From the IMG/VR virus record IMGVR_UViG_3300028797_000128, positions 32,001 through 96,000 of that record: 64,000 nt of DNA. The stretch is one strand, 5' to 3'. A program made the position numbers and the translations under genes. Origin of the DNA: a virus. Its lineage: Duplodnaviria > Caudoviricetes. Of this stretch, positions 1 through 8,114 are shown in pieces; position 1 is the first letter of the stretch, and every line of letters begins with the position of its first letter. The notes beneath the pieces were generated by a model that saw only the letters and a list, made by a program, of their open reading frames with translations, ran no database searches and had not been told where the DNA came from.

Positions 1-134
1 CTTTTGCCGATAGCTTCAAAGTGGTGCTGAATTTCCACAAGCTCACTATAACTATAATTATGATCGGCAAATGTAAGCTGATATTCCATAGCTTCCTGTC
101 GGGCTTTTCCCTTTGCGGTCTGGTAGTTGTTCAT
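1..134 (-). CDS. Early hypothetical protein (runs off window edge; MNNYQTAKGKARQEA...)
   Basis: AAGGAGG RBS and ATG on minus strand, open to position 1. Confidence 0.7.
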   Translation of the reverse strand, partial: MNNYQTAKGKARQEAMEYQLTFADHNYSYSELVEIQHHFEAIGK

Positions 135-146
135 GCCGTCGCCTCC

Positions 147-284
147 TTAATTGCTCCATGAGATATAATTGGTTCTGATATATTCGTGCTTGTCTCCGTT
201 GGCTACAATATAGGCTATTGCAGCATTCAGTTCTGCTTCATCCTCTGCATTGGTATAGCAGTTTTCCAGTATCTTCTGTATCAT
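147..284 (-). CDS. Small hypothetical protein (45 aa)
   Basis: Manual translation MIQKILENCY...; AAGGAGG RBS; ATGA overlap with upstream gene. Confidence 0.65.
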   Translation of the reverse strand: MIQKILENCYTNAEDEAELNAAIAYIVANGDKHEYIRTNYISWSN

Positions 285-493
285 GCCTTGTCCTCCTTTA
301 ATGGCTCATAATATTTGATACTTGCCTTTATAGCCTCAGTCTCGGTCATTCCTCTAACTGAGCCTGTATCTGAGATATTAGAATGTATAGATATTCCCAT
401 GCCTGTGCTGCCGTCCTCTATCCATGCAATGCCTGTAACATCATCACGATAAAGGTCTGTATACTCATTGATTTCTCTTATAAGCTTTTTCAT
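281..493 (-). CDS. Early hypothetical protein
   Basis: ORF track; RBS AGGAGG before MKKLIRE. Confidence 0.75.
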   Translation of the reverse strand: MKKLIREINEYTDLYRDDVTGIAWIEDGSTGMGISIHSNISDTGSVRGMTETEAIKASIKYYEPLKEDKA

Positions 494-578
494 AACTTTC
501 CCTCCTGTAAAATACACTTTTCATTCATTTGTTTTCTTGTGAAGTGATATAATATACAAGGTTTTTCCTTGTGATTAT

Positions 579-607
579 AGTATACCACACATTTGTTATC
601 TTGTCAA
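579..607 (-). promoter_or_regulatory. sigma-A promoter, leftward
   Basis: TTGACA-17bp-TATACT with TG extension on minus strand. Confidence 0.8.
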
Positions 608-654
608 GTATAGGTTCTGCACAAATTTCCAGTAGAAAACTTGTGCAGAATTTG

Positions 655-1191
655 TTACCAATTTTCCCTTGCCTTTTCCTCAGCTTCAATAAATTCCTGT
701 TCTTCTTCAAATCTGTTTAAAATTTCCTCGGCTCTATCTGCATAATCCGATCTCATATCGTCAATACATTCTTCATATGCTGCCTGTAATTTTTCCATAT
801 ACTCATCATTAGCCTTGAAAAATTCCCTTGCCTCATAATAGTCAAGCTCAAAGTCCTCGGCTTCATCCTCATCAAGCTTAAGTCTCTCAATCACTTTTTC
901 TCTGAGTTCATCAAGCGGAATTTCCGCATACTCGGCAAGCTCCTCAACAGACTGATACCGTGACCACATATCCCCGTCATAATGTTCTTTGTCGGTATAG
1001 ATGGTATAATGATCGTCATTTAACCATGAATTTCCGCCTACATTTGCGAATGTATCAAGCTCCGCCGTCTGATTTTCCGAATCATAATATAGATATACGT
1101 CTGTTGGATAGCGTGTGTTAGCTTCTTTGTCAAACTGCATTAACATTTCTGTAAGCTGTTCAACTATTTCTTCACGATTTGTAATTGTCAT
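655..1191 (-). CDS. Highly acidic early hypothetical protein
   Basis: 178 aa ORF, AAGGAGG RBS, very D/E-rich. Confidence 0.85.
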   Translation of the reverse strand: MTITNREEIVEQLTEMLMQFDKEANTRYPTDVYLYYDSENQTAELDTFANVGGNSWLNDDHYTIYTDKEHYDGDMWSRYQSVEELAEYAEIPLDELREKVIERLKLDEDEAEDFELDYYEAREFFKANDEYMEKLQAAYEECIDDMRSDYADRAEEILNRFEEEQEFIEAEEKARENW

Positions 1192-1278
1192 AAGAATACC
1201 TCCTTTAATTTTCCGGTTTGCTTATAGTTTCATATTATCACATATCAGCTATAAAGTCAATATGTTTTCTGTGATTAT

Positions 1279-1307
1279 ATTATATCACACATTAGTTGTT
1301 TTGTCAA
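1279..1307 (-). promoter_or_regulatory. sigma-A promoter, leftward
   Basis: TTGACA-17bp-TATAAT with TG extension. Confidence 0.85.
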
Positions 1308-1330
1308 TGATTTTCCGAAAAGTTTTTATT

Positions 1331-1477
1331 TTAATTATCATTGCAATAGTTTTTCCCTTCCATGAGTTGACAAAATATTTTTGCGTAACTGTCATATTCA
1401 AGGCTATTATTGCAATTTTCCATTGCATTATAAAAGCGTTGTATAGCTTCTGATCGGTTTGTAAAGTGCTGCCTCAT
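1331..1477 (-). CDS. Small hypothetical protein (48 aa, MRQHFTNRSEAIQRF...)
   Basis: Manual translation; ATGA coupling to upstream ORF. Confidence 0.5.
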   Translation of the reverse strand: MRQHFTNRSEAIQRFYNAMENCNNSLEYDSYAKIFCQLMEGKNYCNDN

Positions 1478-1602
1478 TCCAAAACAGCAAACTGTTGCAT
1501 ACAGTCTTTTGCATTATCGCCTGTTATCACTTCTGTTACACGCTGCGAATTAATTGTTATTTTTCCGTTTAGGTTTTTCCAGTAAGCTATTGTTATTTTC
1601 AT
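1474..1602 (-). CDS. Small hypothetical protein (42 aa)
   Basis: Manual translation; AAGGAGG RBS. Confidence 0.6.
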   Translation of the reverse strand: MKITIAYWKNLNGKITINSQRVTEVITGDNAKDCMQQFAVLE

Positions 1603-1614
1603 AATTACGCCTCC

Positions 1615-2079
1615 TTATATACAGAAATTCCAATATCTGAAAAATGGATTTTCACAACTAATTGCAAAATGCGGTTTATTCATTTTGTGATCCTTATAGT
1701 ATTTTTCCGCTACATCATAATAGCTGCGTAACATTTCCGATAAAGTCATTTCATACTGTTTTAAAGGTTTTTCCTGATATGTGAAAATATCCCTTGACCA
1801 TAGTGTAAAGGTATATGTTTTTCTGTCTGTTATATCAATTAAATCTGAAGTGCTGCGAAAATATCCGTCATTGCCTATAATGTAAAATTCGTCTGATTCG
1901 TCAAAAATTTCCATCAATAGCCATTCAAGCTCTTTTTTGTTTGCCTTAATAGCGGATGATCCAAAGTTAGTATAGTTAAAGAAATTTCCGTTTTTAACTA
2001 TAGAAGTGTGCATTTGACCAACTTTTTTGACTGAATATCCGTCATTTAACCATCTGAAAATACGTTCAACTTTATTCAT
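1615..2079 (-). CDS. Early hypothetical protein
   Basis: ORF track, AAGGAGG RBS. Confidence 0.8.
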   Translation of the reverse strand: MNKVERIFRWLNDGYSVKKVGQMHTSIVKNGNFFNYTNFGSSAIKANKKELEWLLMEIFDESDEFYIIGNDGYFRSTSDLIDITDRKTYTFTLWSRDIFTYQEKPLKQYEMTLSEMLRSYYDVAEKYYKDHKMNKPHFAISCENPFFRYWNFCI

Positions 2080-2168
2080 AATATAGCCTCCTTAAAATTG
2101 TTGTTGGTGAATAAGCCTATATTTATAGGCTTGAAATTTCCAGTCAAGCCCATAGTATATAGGTTTAT

Positions 2169-2378
2169 TCAAAGTGTTTTTGCATAGGCTTTCGCCTCTT
2201 TTAGAGTCTTAAAGCAATCCAAATTATCCCCTTCAAATTCATCAACAGAATACACCACACTATTAGGTATCTTTTTTCCGTCATAGTCTGATACAAGATA
2301 AGATTTTGTGATGATTAAAGGATCGGCAAAATTTTTGTTGTCAACAGTCCATGTTTTTTCGATAATTATTTTACTCAT
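2169..2378 (-). CDS. Early hypothetical protein
   Basis: ORF track, RBS; C-terminal FKTLKEAK motif common in small phage proteins. Confidence 0.8.
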   Translation of the reverse strand: MSKIIIEKTWTVDNKNFADPLIITKSYLVSDYDGKKIPNSVVYSVDEFEGDNLDCFKTLKEAKAYAKTL

Positions 2379-2391
2379 AATTTTCCCTCCT

Positions 2392-2628
2392 TTAAAAGCT
2401 CCATCTTTTTTCCCATATTAAACCGCCGTCATAGTCTCCAATACAGCGATATTTATACAGATCATTTCCGTATTTGTCAATAGCTGTTGAGTCACACCAC
2501 CACATTATATTATGCAGTATGCCTCTTGTAGTGTGCTTTTTTCCTGTCTTTTCAGTGCGATATCTTGCATCCCTAAAAGCTGCATATCTGATATCATGTG
2601 ATATTTTCTTGTATTCCGCTTTATTCAT
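2392..2628 (-). CDS. Early hypothetical protein
   Basis: ORF track, RBS. Confidence 0.8.
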   Translation of the reverse strand: MNKAEYKKISHDIRYAAFRDARYRTEKTGKKHTTRGILHNIMWWCDSTAIDKYGNDLYKYRCIGDYDGGLIWEKRWSF

Positions 2629-2666
2629 AGTTTAGCCTCCTTTAAATTTTCCGTTATTGGTTTATA

Positions 2667-2720
2667 TGCCTGTATGGAATAGGGCTTTTAATTAGCTGTA
2701 AAAACCCTTTAGAAAACAGC
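2667..2720 (-). repeat. Intergenic pseudoknot-forming motif, copy 1
   Basis: Near-identical to 3675-3724; predicted H-type pseudoknot with compensatory changes in stem 1. Confidence 0.75.
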
Positions 2721-2739
2721 TTTAAACTTTGATTTTATT

Positions 2740-2883
2740 TTACTTTTCCCATATCCAGTTTATTTTGTCAACTGTAAAATAATTCAGTAAAAACGATTGA
2801 ATATAATATATTTTATCGTCATAGCTAATTTTGTCCGACTGCATTATTTTTTCAATAACGCTGCATTTTTCCTGATTAGTCAT
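2740..2883 (-). CDS. Small hypothetical protein (47 aa)
   Basis: Manual translation MTNQEKCSV...; GGAGG RBS. Confidence 0.6.
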   Translation of the reverse strand: MTNQEKCSVIEKIMQSDKISYDDKIYYIQSFLLNYFTVDKINWIWEK

Positions 2884-2900
2884 AACATCAAACCTCCATT

Positions 2901-3161
2901 TTATAATAATTTAAGATTCAATATTTTTCCCGTTTCTTCATCGGCTGCAAGATCGCATCCGCAAAACGGACAATATTTGATATGAATAGTTTTATATGTT
3001 TTTTGTCCGTTCAATTTGCATCCGGTCACAACGTCAATAAATGTGCTTACATCGTGGCGGCGTACCATTGCAATTTCCTGTTTATGTTCTGTTGTGTATT
3101 TGTCCGCGTCTGCACACTGATGCACAACAGTTTCCTCAAAATCATTATGCCTATACATCAT
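2901..3161 (-). CDS. Hypothetical protein with CPFCG zinc-ribbon half motif
   Basis: ORF track, GGAGG RBS, IKYCPFCG. Confidence 0.8.
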   Translation of the reverse strand: MMYRHNDFEETVVHQCADADKYTTEHKQEIAMVRRHDVSTFIDVVTGCKLNGQKTYKTIHIKYCPFCGCDLAADEETGKILNLKLL

Positions 3162-3191
3162 AATATATAACCTCCAAAAGATATATTTACA

Positions 3192-3262
3192 GATTCAGCG
3201 GGCTTGTGACCGCCTCCGGCTGCATTACCGCGGGAAAAATCCCGCGTCACTCTGCATTGAAA
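3192..3262 (-). ncRNA. Twister self-cleaving ribozyme, circularly permuted (type P5-like)
   Basis: Minus strand reads GCAGAGUGA-CGCGGGA(UUU)UUCCCGCG-GUAAUGCAGC-CGGAG-GCGGUCACAAGCCCGC: twister core elements UAAUGCAGC, GGUCACAAGCCC and GCAGAGUGA with GUGA/UCAC pseudoknot. Confidence 0.88.
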
Positions 3263-3270
3263 TTTGAATT

Positions 3271-3636
3271 TTATTTGCTGAATTTGAAAGTTGTCACGCT
3301 TTTTACTGCTCCGTCGGGGCGTACACTTGTAACTCTTGTGGGAATATATCCGCAATATGTGTATGATTTGCCCGTAACTTTCACACCCAACCATGCACCA
3401 ATCCATGTCATGTGATTTAAGAACTGCTCCGCTGTTATCTCTGTTGTATCACTTTCAACGGGCTTTTTGCTCCAATTGCCGCCCGTTGTTTTGTGGTATA
3501 ATTCATGTGTTTGTGTAATCGTTCCGCCCGATTCACAAAAGCCTATGATTGATTCTATGCGGATATTGTACTTGCTAAAAGTTTTTGCATACTGTTTGTA
3601 CTGCTCAAAAAGAGCTAAAACCTGATTATTATTCAT
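3271..3636 (-). CDS. Early hypothetical protein
   Basis: ORF track, AAGGAGG RBS. Confidence 0.8.
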   Translation of the reverse strand: MNNNQVLALFEQYKQYAKTFSKYNIRIESIIGFCESGGTITQTHELYHKTTGGNWSKKPVESDTTEITAEQFLNHMTWIGAWLGVKVTGKSYTYCGYIPTRVTSVRPDGAVKSVTTFKFSK

Positions 3637-3674
3637 AAAATAGCCTCCTTTAAAATATTAATTTGATTTGTTTT

Positions 3675-3724
3675 TGCCTATGTGGAATAGGGCTTTTTTT
3701 GCGGAAAACCCTTTAGAAAACCGC
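3675..3724 (-). repeat. Intergenic pseudoknot-forming motif, copy 2
   Basis: Shares TGGAATAGGGCTTTT and AAAACCCTTTAGAAAAC (plus strand) with 2667-2720. Confidence 0.75.
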
Positions 3725-3729
3725 TGCTT

Positions 3730-4035
3730 TTATCGGTCATACTCTACAATGTAAAGATATCCGAATCCATCTTTTTCACCGAAAAAATCAAATTCCATAA
3801 TAAAATTGTAGTTGTCTCTTAAGAATATTTGATGTTCATAAGGCTGCATTTTGCATATTTCTGTTGATGTTCTGCTGTTGCTTTTTTGAATCGGATTCAC
3901 AAACTGTTCAAATGAATCCATCCACATATCAAGAGAAATGCCGTGCTTTTCGCAGAACTTTTCACAGTGTTTGTAAAATGCCTCTACGTTCTTAAAATGA
4001 CGGTTTGTCTCTATTTCGTATAACTTCTTTTTCAT
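3730..4035 (-). CDS. First gene of leftward early operon, hypothetical
   Basis: ORF track, AAGGAGG RBS. Confidence 0.8.
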   Translation of the reverse strand: MKKKLYEIETNRHFKNVEAFYKHCEKFCEKHGISLDMWMDSFEQFVNPIQKSNSRTSTEICKMQPYEHQIFLRDNYNFIMEFDFFGEKDGFGYLYIVEYDR

Positions 4036-4149
4036 AGTGAATCCTCCTTAAAATTATTGTTTAATGGTTTGTTTTCGTTTGGTGCTTTTATCGGTATCAT
4101 TGCAACCGATTCAAGCATATTCAAGCGGTCAACTGTATGAGTCAACCGC

Positions 4150-4178
4150 TTGACATTTACCGCTTTTTGCGGTATACT
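4150..4178 (+). promoter_or_regulatory. Rightward sigma-A promoter with palindrome in spacer
   Basis: TTGACA-17bp-TATACT; TACCGC-TTTTT-GCGGTA palindrome between the boxes. Confidence 0.6.
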
Positions 4179-4337
4179 TGTTATGTATCTTATTGCATTC
4201 TCGATATATAGGATTCACTTGCCTTTATGTTATTCCGCTTTCGGCGTATTTATTATCGCCCTACTTGCGGCATATAGGATTAAATCCCCCGCGTTGCGTT
4301 GTTTTACGCGGTTTGAGTCTCCCGTGGTTATTGAGGC

Positions 4338-4376
4338 ATAAAAAAAGCCCCTCAGGGAGTCACCTCCTCAGAAGGT
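4338..4376 (-). terminator. Intrinsic terminator/attenuator in early leader
   Basis: Imperfect GC-rich hairpin followed by 7 U on minus strand, ~60-95 nt after the 4438-4466 promoter. Confidence 0.5.
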
Positions 4377-4437
4377 TCGACGGGTTGAGTTACGCGCCCC
4401 CGTGATAGCGGTCTGCCATTGCTCTTGCTGTGATTAT

Positions 4438-4466
4438 ATAATACCACATCATTTTTGATTTGTCAA
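4438..4466 (-). promoter_or_regulatory. Main leftward early sigma-A promoter overlapped by operator-like direct repeat
   Basis: TTGACA-17bp-TATTAT; ACCACATCATTTTTG at 4443-4457 repeated at 4503-4517, partial copy at 4546-4555. Confidence 0.75.
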
Positions 4467-4568
4467 CAGCTTTTTTGATACTTTGTATATATGCATAAAA
4501 CAACCACATCATTTTTGCTGTGGTTAGTGCAGCTTATACAGAAATACATCATTTTGGAGGTTTACAAA

Positions 4569-4805
4569 ATGTTTAATACAAGTAAAATTATACGAAAATT
4601 AATGATAGATCGTGATATATCGGTCACGCCTTTAGCCCGTAAGATCGGCATAACTCAACAGAATCTATCACGAAAATTAAATAATGTCAATGAATCGTAT
4701 ACCCTTGAATATCTTGAAAATGTTGTCAAGGGTATGAATTGCCATATACAAGTAAATATTATTGATTCAGATACAAATGATATCTTGTATACCTTAACTG
4801 ATTGA
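4569..4805 (+). CDS. XRE/Cro-CI family HTH transcriptional regulator
   Basis: LARKIGITQQNLSRKLN HTH; GGAGG RBS before MFNTSK. Confidence 0.88.
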   Translation: MFNTSKIIRKLMIDRDISVTPLARKIGITQQNLSRKLNNVNESYTLEYLENVVKGMNCHIQVNIIDSDTNDILYTLTD

Positions 4806-5694
4806 CCAGTACAATATAATTTATCGTTATTCAATAATTTATTATTGTTTTGCATATTATACAGCGTATAGCATTCTATTTTGCGTTTAAATGCCTTTTT
4901 TTGACGTTCTATCAATTCATAGTTAATACTATATATAGTGCAATGCGATATCAGAATAACGGAAAATAGGCGTATAATGTGAGATGTGATACTATATGTT
5001 GTGTTTTTGTTGCATTTGCAACACTTTTTTCAATTTTGCGAACTGTTAATATCATAATGATAATATCAAATTGATAATAACATTGATTCAGGAGCTTGTA
5101 ACCATTAAAGAAATATTAATAAAATAAGAATTTAAACAATTGCATTTGGACAAAACGATTGTTTGGCTATATATAGCAGTTTTTGCCGTATCCGTGACGG
5201 GGCTATATTTACATTTTCAAGGCGGATCGAGGCAGCCCCGGCAGGCACAGGTGATGAATCGCACTGTCCGTTAATTTTTTAAAGTCTGCGAAATTTATGC
5301 CATTTTTCATCGCTGTCATTTTCGGACAAATCCCCGTAAATAGCCATTAAGAGATAATGCAAATCCCAACATTTTTAGACCAAAACCAACCAAAATCCCC
5401 ACTTCTCTGCAAAATATGGGGCTTTGGGACGAATGGGGAGTTTTGCGGACTTTTTTATTAGTACGGACTACTCTAATTCTCACCACTACAATAAGAGTAG
5501 GGCAACTATTATTAAGAAAAATAAATATTTTTTATTAGAGGCTTCCGAAGAAGTTGTGGCTACTGTAAGAGTAGGAGTTACTCTCTGTCTTGTCAGCTCC
5601 TAACGCAATGCCGTTGCTTACGCAACGTCACCGCCCCAATCATGGGGCTTTGCTTTTTCGCCTTACGGCGAAGAAAATTTTTTCTTTTAAAGGC

Positions 5695-5723
5695 TTGACA
5701 AATCAAGAGATTAGTGTTATAAT
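5695..5723 (+). promoter_or_regulatory. Rightward sigma-A promoter (family copy 1)
   Basis: TTGACA-17bp-TATAAT with TG extension. Confidence 0.88.
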
Positions 5724-5750
5724 ATAATTGCAGAGTAAGAAATGAGAATT

Positions 5751-5940
5751 TTAACACGTTTTCATATGATATTCTTTTAAAGGGTTAGGGGTGATAAACG
5801 GCTATAAATCGGCAAAAAAAATTAATTTTAACACGTTTGTTGCGCATAAATGCGCCAGCGCGAAAAGGTGTTAAAATCCATACAAGGCTATATATCGGCA
5901 TTTGTGGGCTTAACACGTTGGCAACACTCAAAGGTGTTAG
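5751..5940. repeat. Iteron/operator-like TAACAC(G/C)TT repeats in direct and inverted orientation
   Basis: TTAACACGTT at 5751, 5828, 5910; inverted AAGGTGTTA at 5865, 5931; GGCTATAWATCGGCA at ~5800 and ~5886. Confidence 0.65.
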
Positions 5941-5952
5941 AAGGGAGAGTTT

Positions 5953-7200
5953 ATGGAATACACCTGCAAGGTTCATGTGGTGGATATGATAATGGGGTCT
6001 GGAAAGAGTTCCGCTGCTATTAACTACATGAATCGCAACAAAGGAAAGAAGTTTTTATTTATCACACCGTTTCTGACTGAGGTGGAGCGAGTGACACAAT
6101 CGTGTCCCGACTTACACTTTGTTCAGCCAGAAGCAAAGAATGGGCGGGGCAAACTGAGGAACATCAAAACGCTTTTATCTAAGGGCTTCAACATTGTGAG
6201 CACTCATGCCCTATTCCGATTATTCACGACGGAGATTATAGACATTTGCAGAGCAAAGAATTATACGCTCATAATGGATGAGGTGTCGGATGTGGTTGAG
6301 CCATACGAGGTGACGGATGACGATATGGAAATCATACTGCGTGATCTTGCTTATATAGATGAGGAGAGTAATCTGCTAAGATGGCGAGAAGATAAGCTCG
6401 ACTATAAAGGCAAGTACAACGATATTAAAGAAAAAGTCAGTATGCAGTCTTTGGCAATGTACGGGCGAAGTAGAAAAGATATTGTGCTGTGGCTTATGCC
6501 TGTGCAGAGTTTTAATGCATTTAAGGAAGTGTTTATTCTCACCTACTTATTTGAGGGGCAGATACAAAGATACTATTACGACTTCTTTCAGCTCCCGTAT
6601 GATTATCTTTATGTTAAGGGCAATACACTTGCGGAGTATGAGTTTACTCGTGAGGAACAAGCTCAAAGAATCAAGTATGATTATGAGAGCCTAATACATA
6701 TATGTGACAATAAGAAACTCAATCAGATTGGCGATTTGAAATCCGACTTGTCAAAGAACTGGTTTCAGCGCAACCGGGACAATAAAGTTGTGATTCCTCA
6801 GTTGCAAAAGAACATCTTTAATTTCTTTCACAACATTCAAAAGTCATCCGTTAATAATAATATATGGACTACGTTCAAAGATTATCAGAAACAGCTATCA
6901 GGTAAGGGTTATGCTAAAGGTTTCTTACCAAGCAATAGCAGAGCCACTAACGCCTATAAGGACAGAACGTGTGTGGCATATTGCTTGAATAAGTACATTA
7001 ATGCTGTGGTTAAGACCTTCTTTGATAGTAAGGGAATACAGACCGATGAAGATACTTACGCTGTTTCGGAAATGCTTCAATTTATTTGGAGATCGGCAAT
7101 ACGAGAGGGCAACGAGATTTGGGTGTATATCCCCAGTTCAAGGATGAGAGAATTATTAATTAAGTGGATTGCAGAGAATCCAATGAGTAAAGGAGAATAA
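5953..7200 (+). CDS. Superfamily-2 helicase-like / origin-binding ATPase
   Basis: Walker A MGSGKS, Walker B IMDEV, C-terminal QFIWRSAIR motif-VI-like segment. Confidence 0.75.
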   Translation: MEYTCKVHVVDMIMGSGKSSAAINYMNRNKGKKFLFITPFLTEVERVTQSCPDLHFVQPEAKNGRGKLRNIKTLLSKGFNIVSTHALFRLFTTEIIDICRAKNYTLIMDEVSDVVEPYEVTDDDMEIILRDLAYIDEESNLLRWREDKLDYKGKYNDIKEKVSMQSLAMYGRSRKDIVLWLMPVQSFNAFKEVFILTYLFEGQIQRYYYDFFQLPYDYLYVKGNTLAEYEFTREEQAQRIKYDYESLIHICDNKKLNQIGDLKSDLSKNWFQRNRDNKVVIPQLQKNIFNFFHNIQKSSVNNNIWTTFKDYQKQLSGKGYAKGFLPSNSRATNAYKDRTCVAYCLNKYINAVVKTFFDSKGIQTDEDTYAVSEMLQFIWRSAIREGNEIWVYIPSSRMRELLIKWIAENPMSKGE

Positions 7201-7203
7201 AAA

Positions 7204-7446
7204 ATGAATGGAGATCACTTTAAAATGTTCTTTAACGATTTGACCTTTCATACGTTTTATTTTAGCGAAAAGAATTATAAATGGCGTTATAATTGGGTAG
7301 GAGATAAAATTAAACTTTATTATGGTCGCAATTTATATTGTACAATTCAAATTATAAATGAATCTAAAATATATCTGGACAAAGAATTATCTGAATATGA
7401 TGATTGGTTTGCGGAAGTTTTTAAAAAATATTTCAAAAACTCTTGA
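7204..7446 (+). CDS. Hypothetical protein
   Basis: ORF track, AAGGAG RBS. Confidence 0.7.
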   Translation: MNGDHFKMFFNDLTFHTFYFSEKNYKWRYNWVGDKIKLYYGRNLYCTIQIINESKIYLDKELSEYDDWFAEVFKKYFKNS

Positions 7447-7471
7447 CAAGTCTATAAATTAGTGCTATAAT
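7443..7471 (+). promoter_or_regulatory. Rightward sigma-A promoter (family copy 2)
   Basis: TTGACA-17bp-TATAAT; shares ATTAGTG.TATAATATAAT with copies 1 and 3. Confidence 0.85.
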
Positions 7472-7544
7472 ATAATCAGAAAAGGGGATATTCCTTTCAT
7501 ATCCCCTCACAAAGCAACAAATTATAGATAAGGTGATGAAAACA

Positions 7545-7688
7545 GTGGATGACTACATAGCTTACAGGCAGACGATCTTAGCTCCGTGTGACGACGTATA
7601 CACGGATAATATACAGAGCGACTACGACGCTTGCGACACCTATCAAGGCTGTCGAGCGTGGTATGAATATCAAGAATTATGGAACTGA
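7545..7688 (+). CDS. Small hypothetical protein (47 aa)
   Basis: Manual translation, AAGGTGA RBS. Confidence 0.5.
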   Translation: MDDYIAYRQTILAPCDDVYTDNIQSDYDACDTYQGCRAWYEYQELWN

Positions 7689-7696
7689 GGTGCGGT

Positions 7697-7900
7697 ATGA
7701 CAAACCGGGAAAAATATATTTTGAGGCGTAATGAGTATGATATGCTTGTGCAGATACAGGCGGCAATTGCATCACAGCCTTATCTATGCGTTATCGAAGC
7801 TTTGACAGGCAAGGATTACCCTTGTCCAGATGATAAGGTGTGTATGCTTGATACCTGTGAAGAATGCATTCAAAATTGGTTAAACGAGGAGGCGGAATAA
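7697..7900 (+). CDS. Small Cys-rich hypothetical protein
   Basis: CPDDKVC...CEECIQNWL. Confidence 0.7.
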   Translation: MTNREKYILRRNEYDMLVQIQAAIASQPYLCVIEALTGKDYPCPDDKVCMLDTCEECIQNWLNEEAE

Positions 7901-7901
7901 T

Positions 7902-8060
7902 ATGTTTCTTTTACTGGCATTGCTGCTCGTCGCAAGTGGCACAACATTTATGACGTTGTACGGCAAGGCAAAGACACACAGAGAACAGACTGTGTATATG
8001 GTGATGGTGATATGGCAACTGCTGACCGCAGGAATCACTATGGATAAATTTTTTAAATAG
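7902..8060 (+). CDS. Small membrane protein (52 aa)
   Basis: Manual translation; two hydrophobic stretches; GGAGG RBS. Confidence 0.6.
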   Translation: MFLLLALLLVASGTTFMTLYGKAKTHREQTVYMVMVIWQLLTAGITMDKFFK

Positions 8061-8114
8061 ACTAAGCAAGGAGCCCCATAATCTAAAACACATGGGAGGA
8101 ATTGCAAAAAACGC

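Noticed and set aside
1280-1602. TGA read-through or alternative genetic code (frame stays open past the 1474 stop)
   Set aside because: Better explained by an ATGA-coupled downstream gene in another frame; all long genes translate normally with code 11
2667-2720. Pistol ribozyme or SAM-II riboswitch identity for the repeated pseudoknot
   Set aside because: Shares only the AGGG/AAGCCCU pairing or overall topology; pistol P2/P3 and the SAM-II conserved nucleotides are absent
2925-2970. Hammerhead-like CCGAUGA..GAAAC on the minus strand
   Set aside because: Lies inside a credible CDS, core deviates from CUGANGA, and flanking stems are missing
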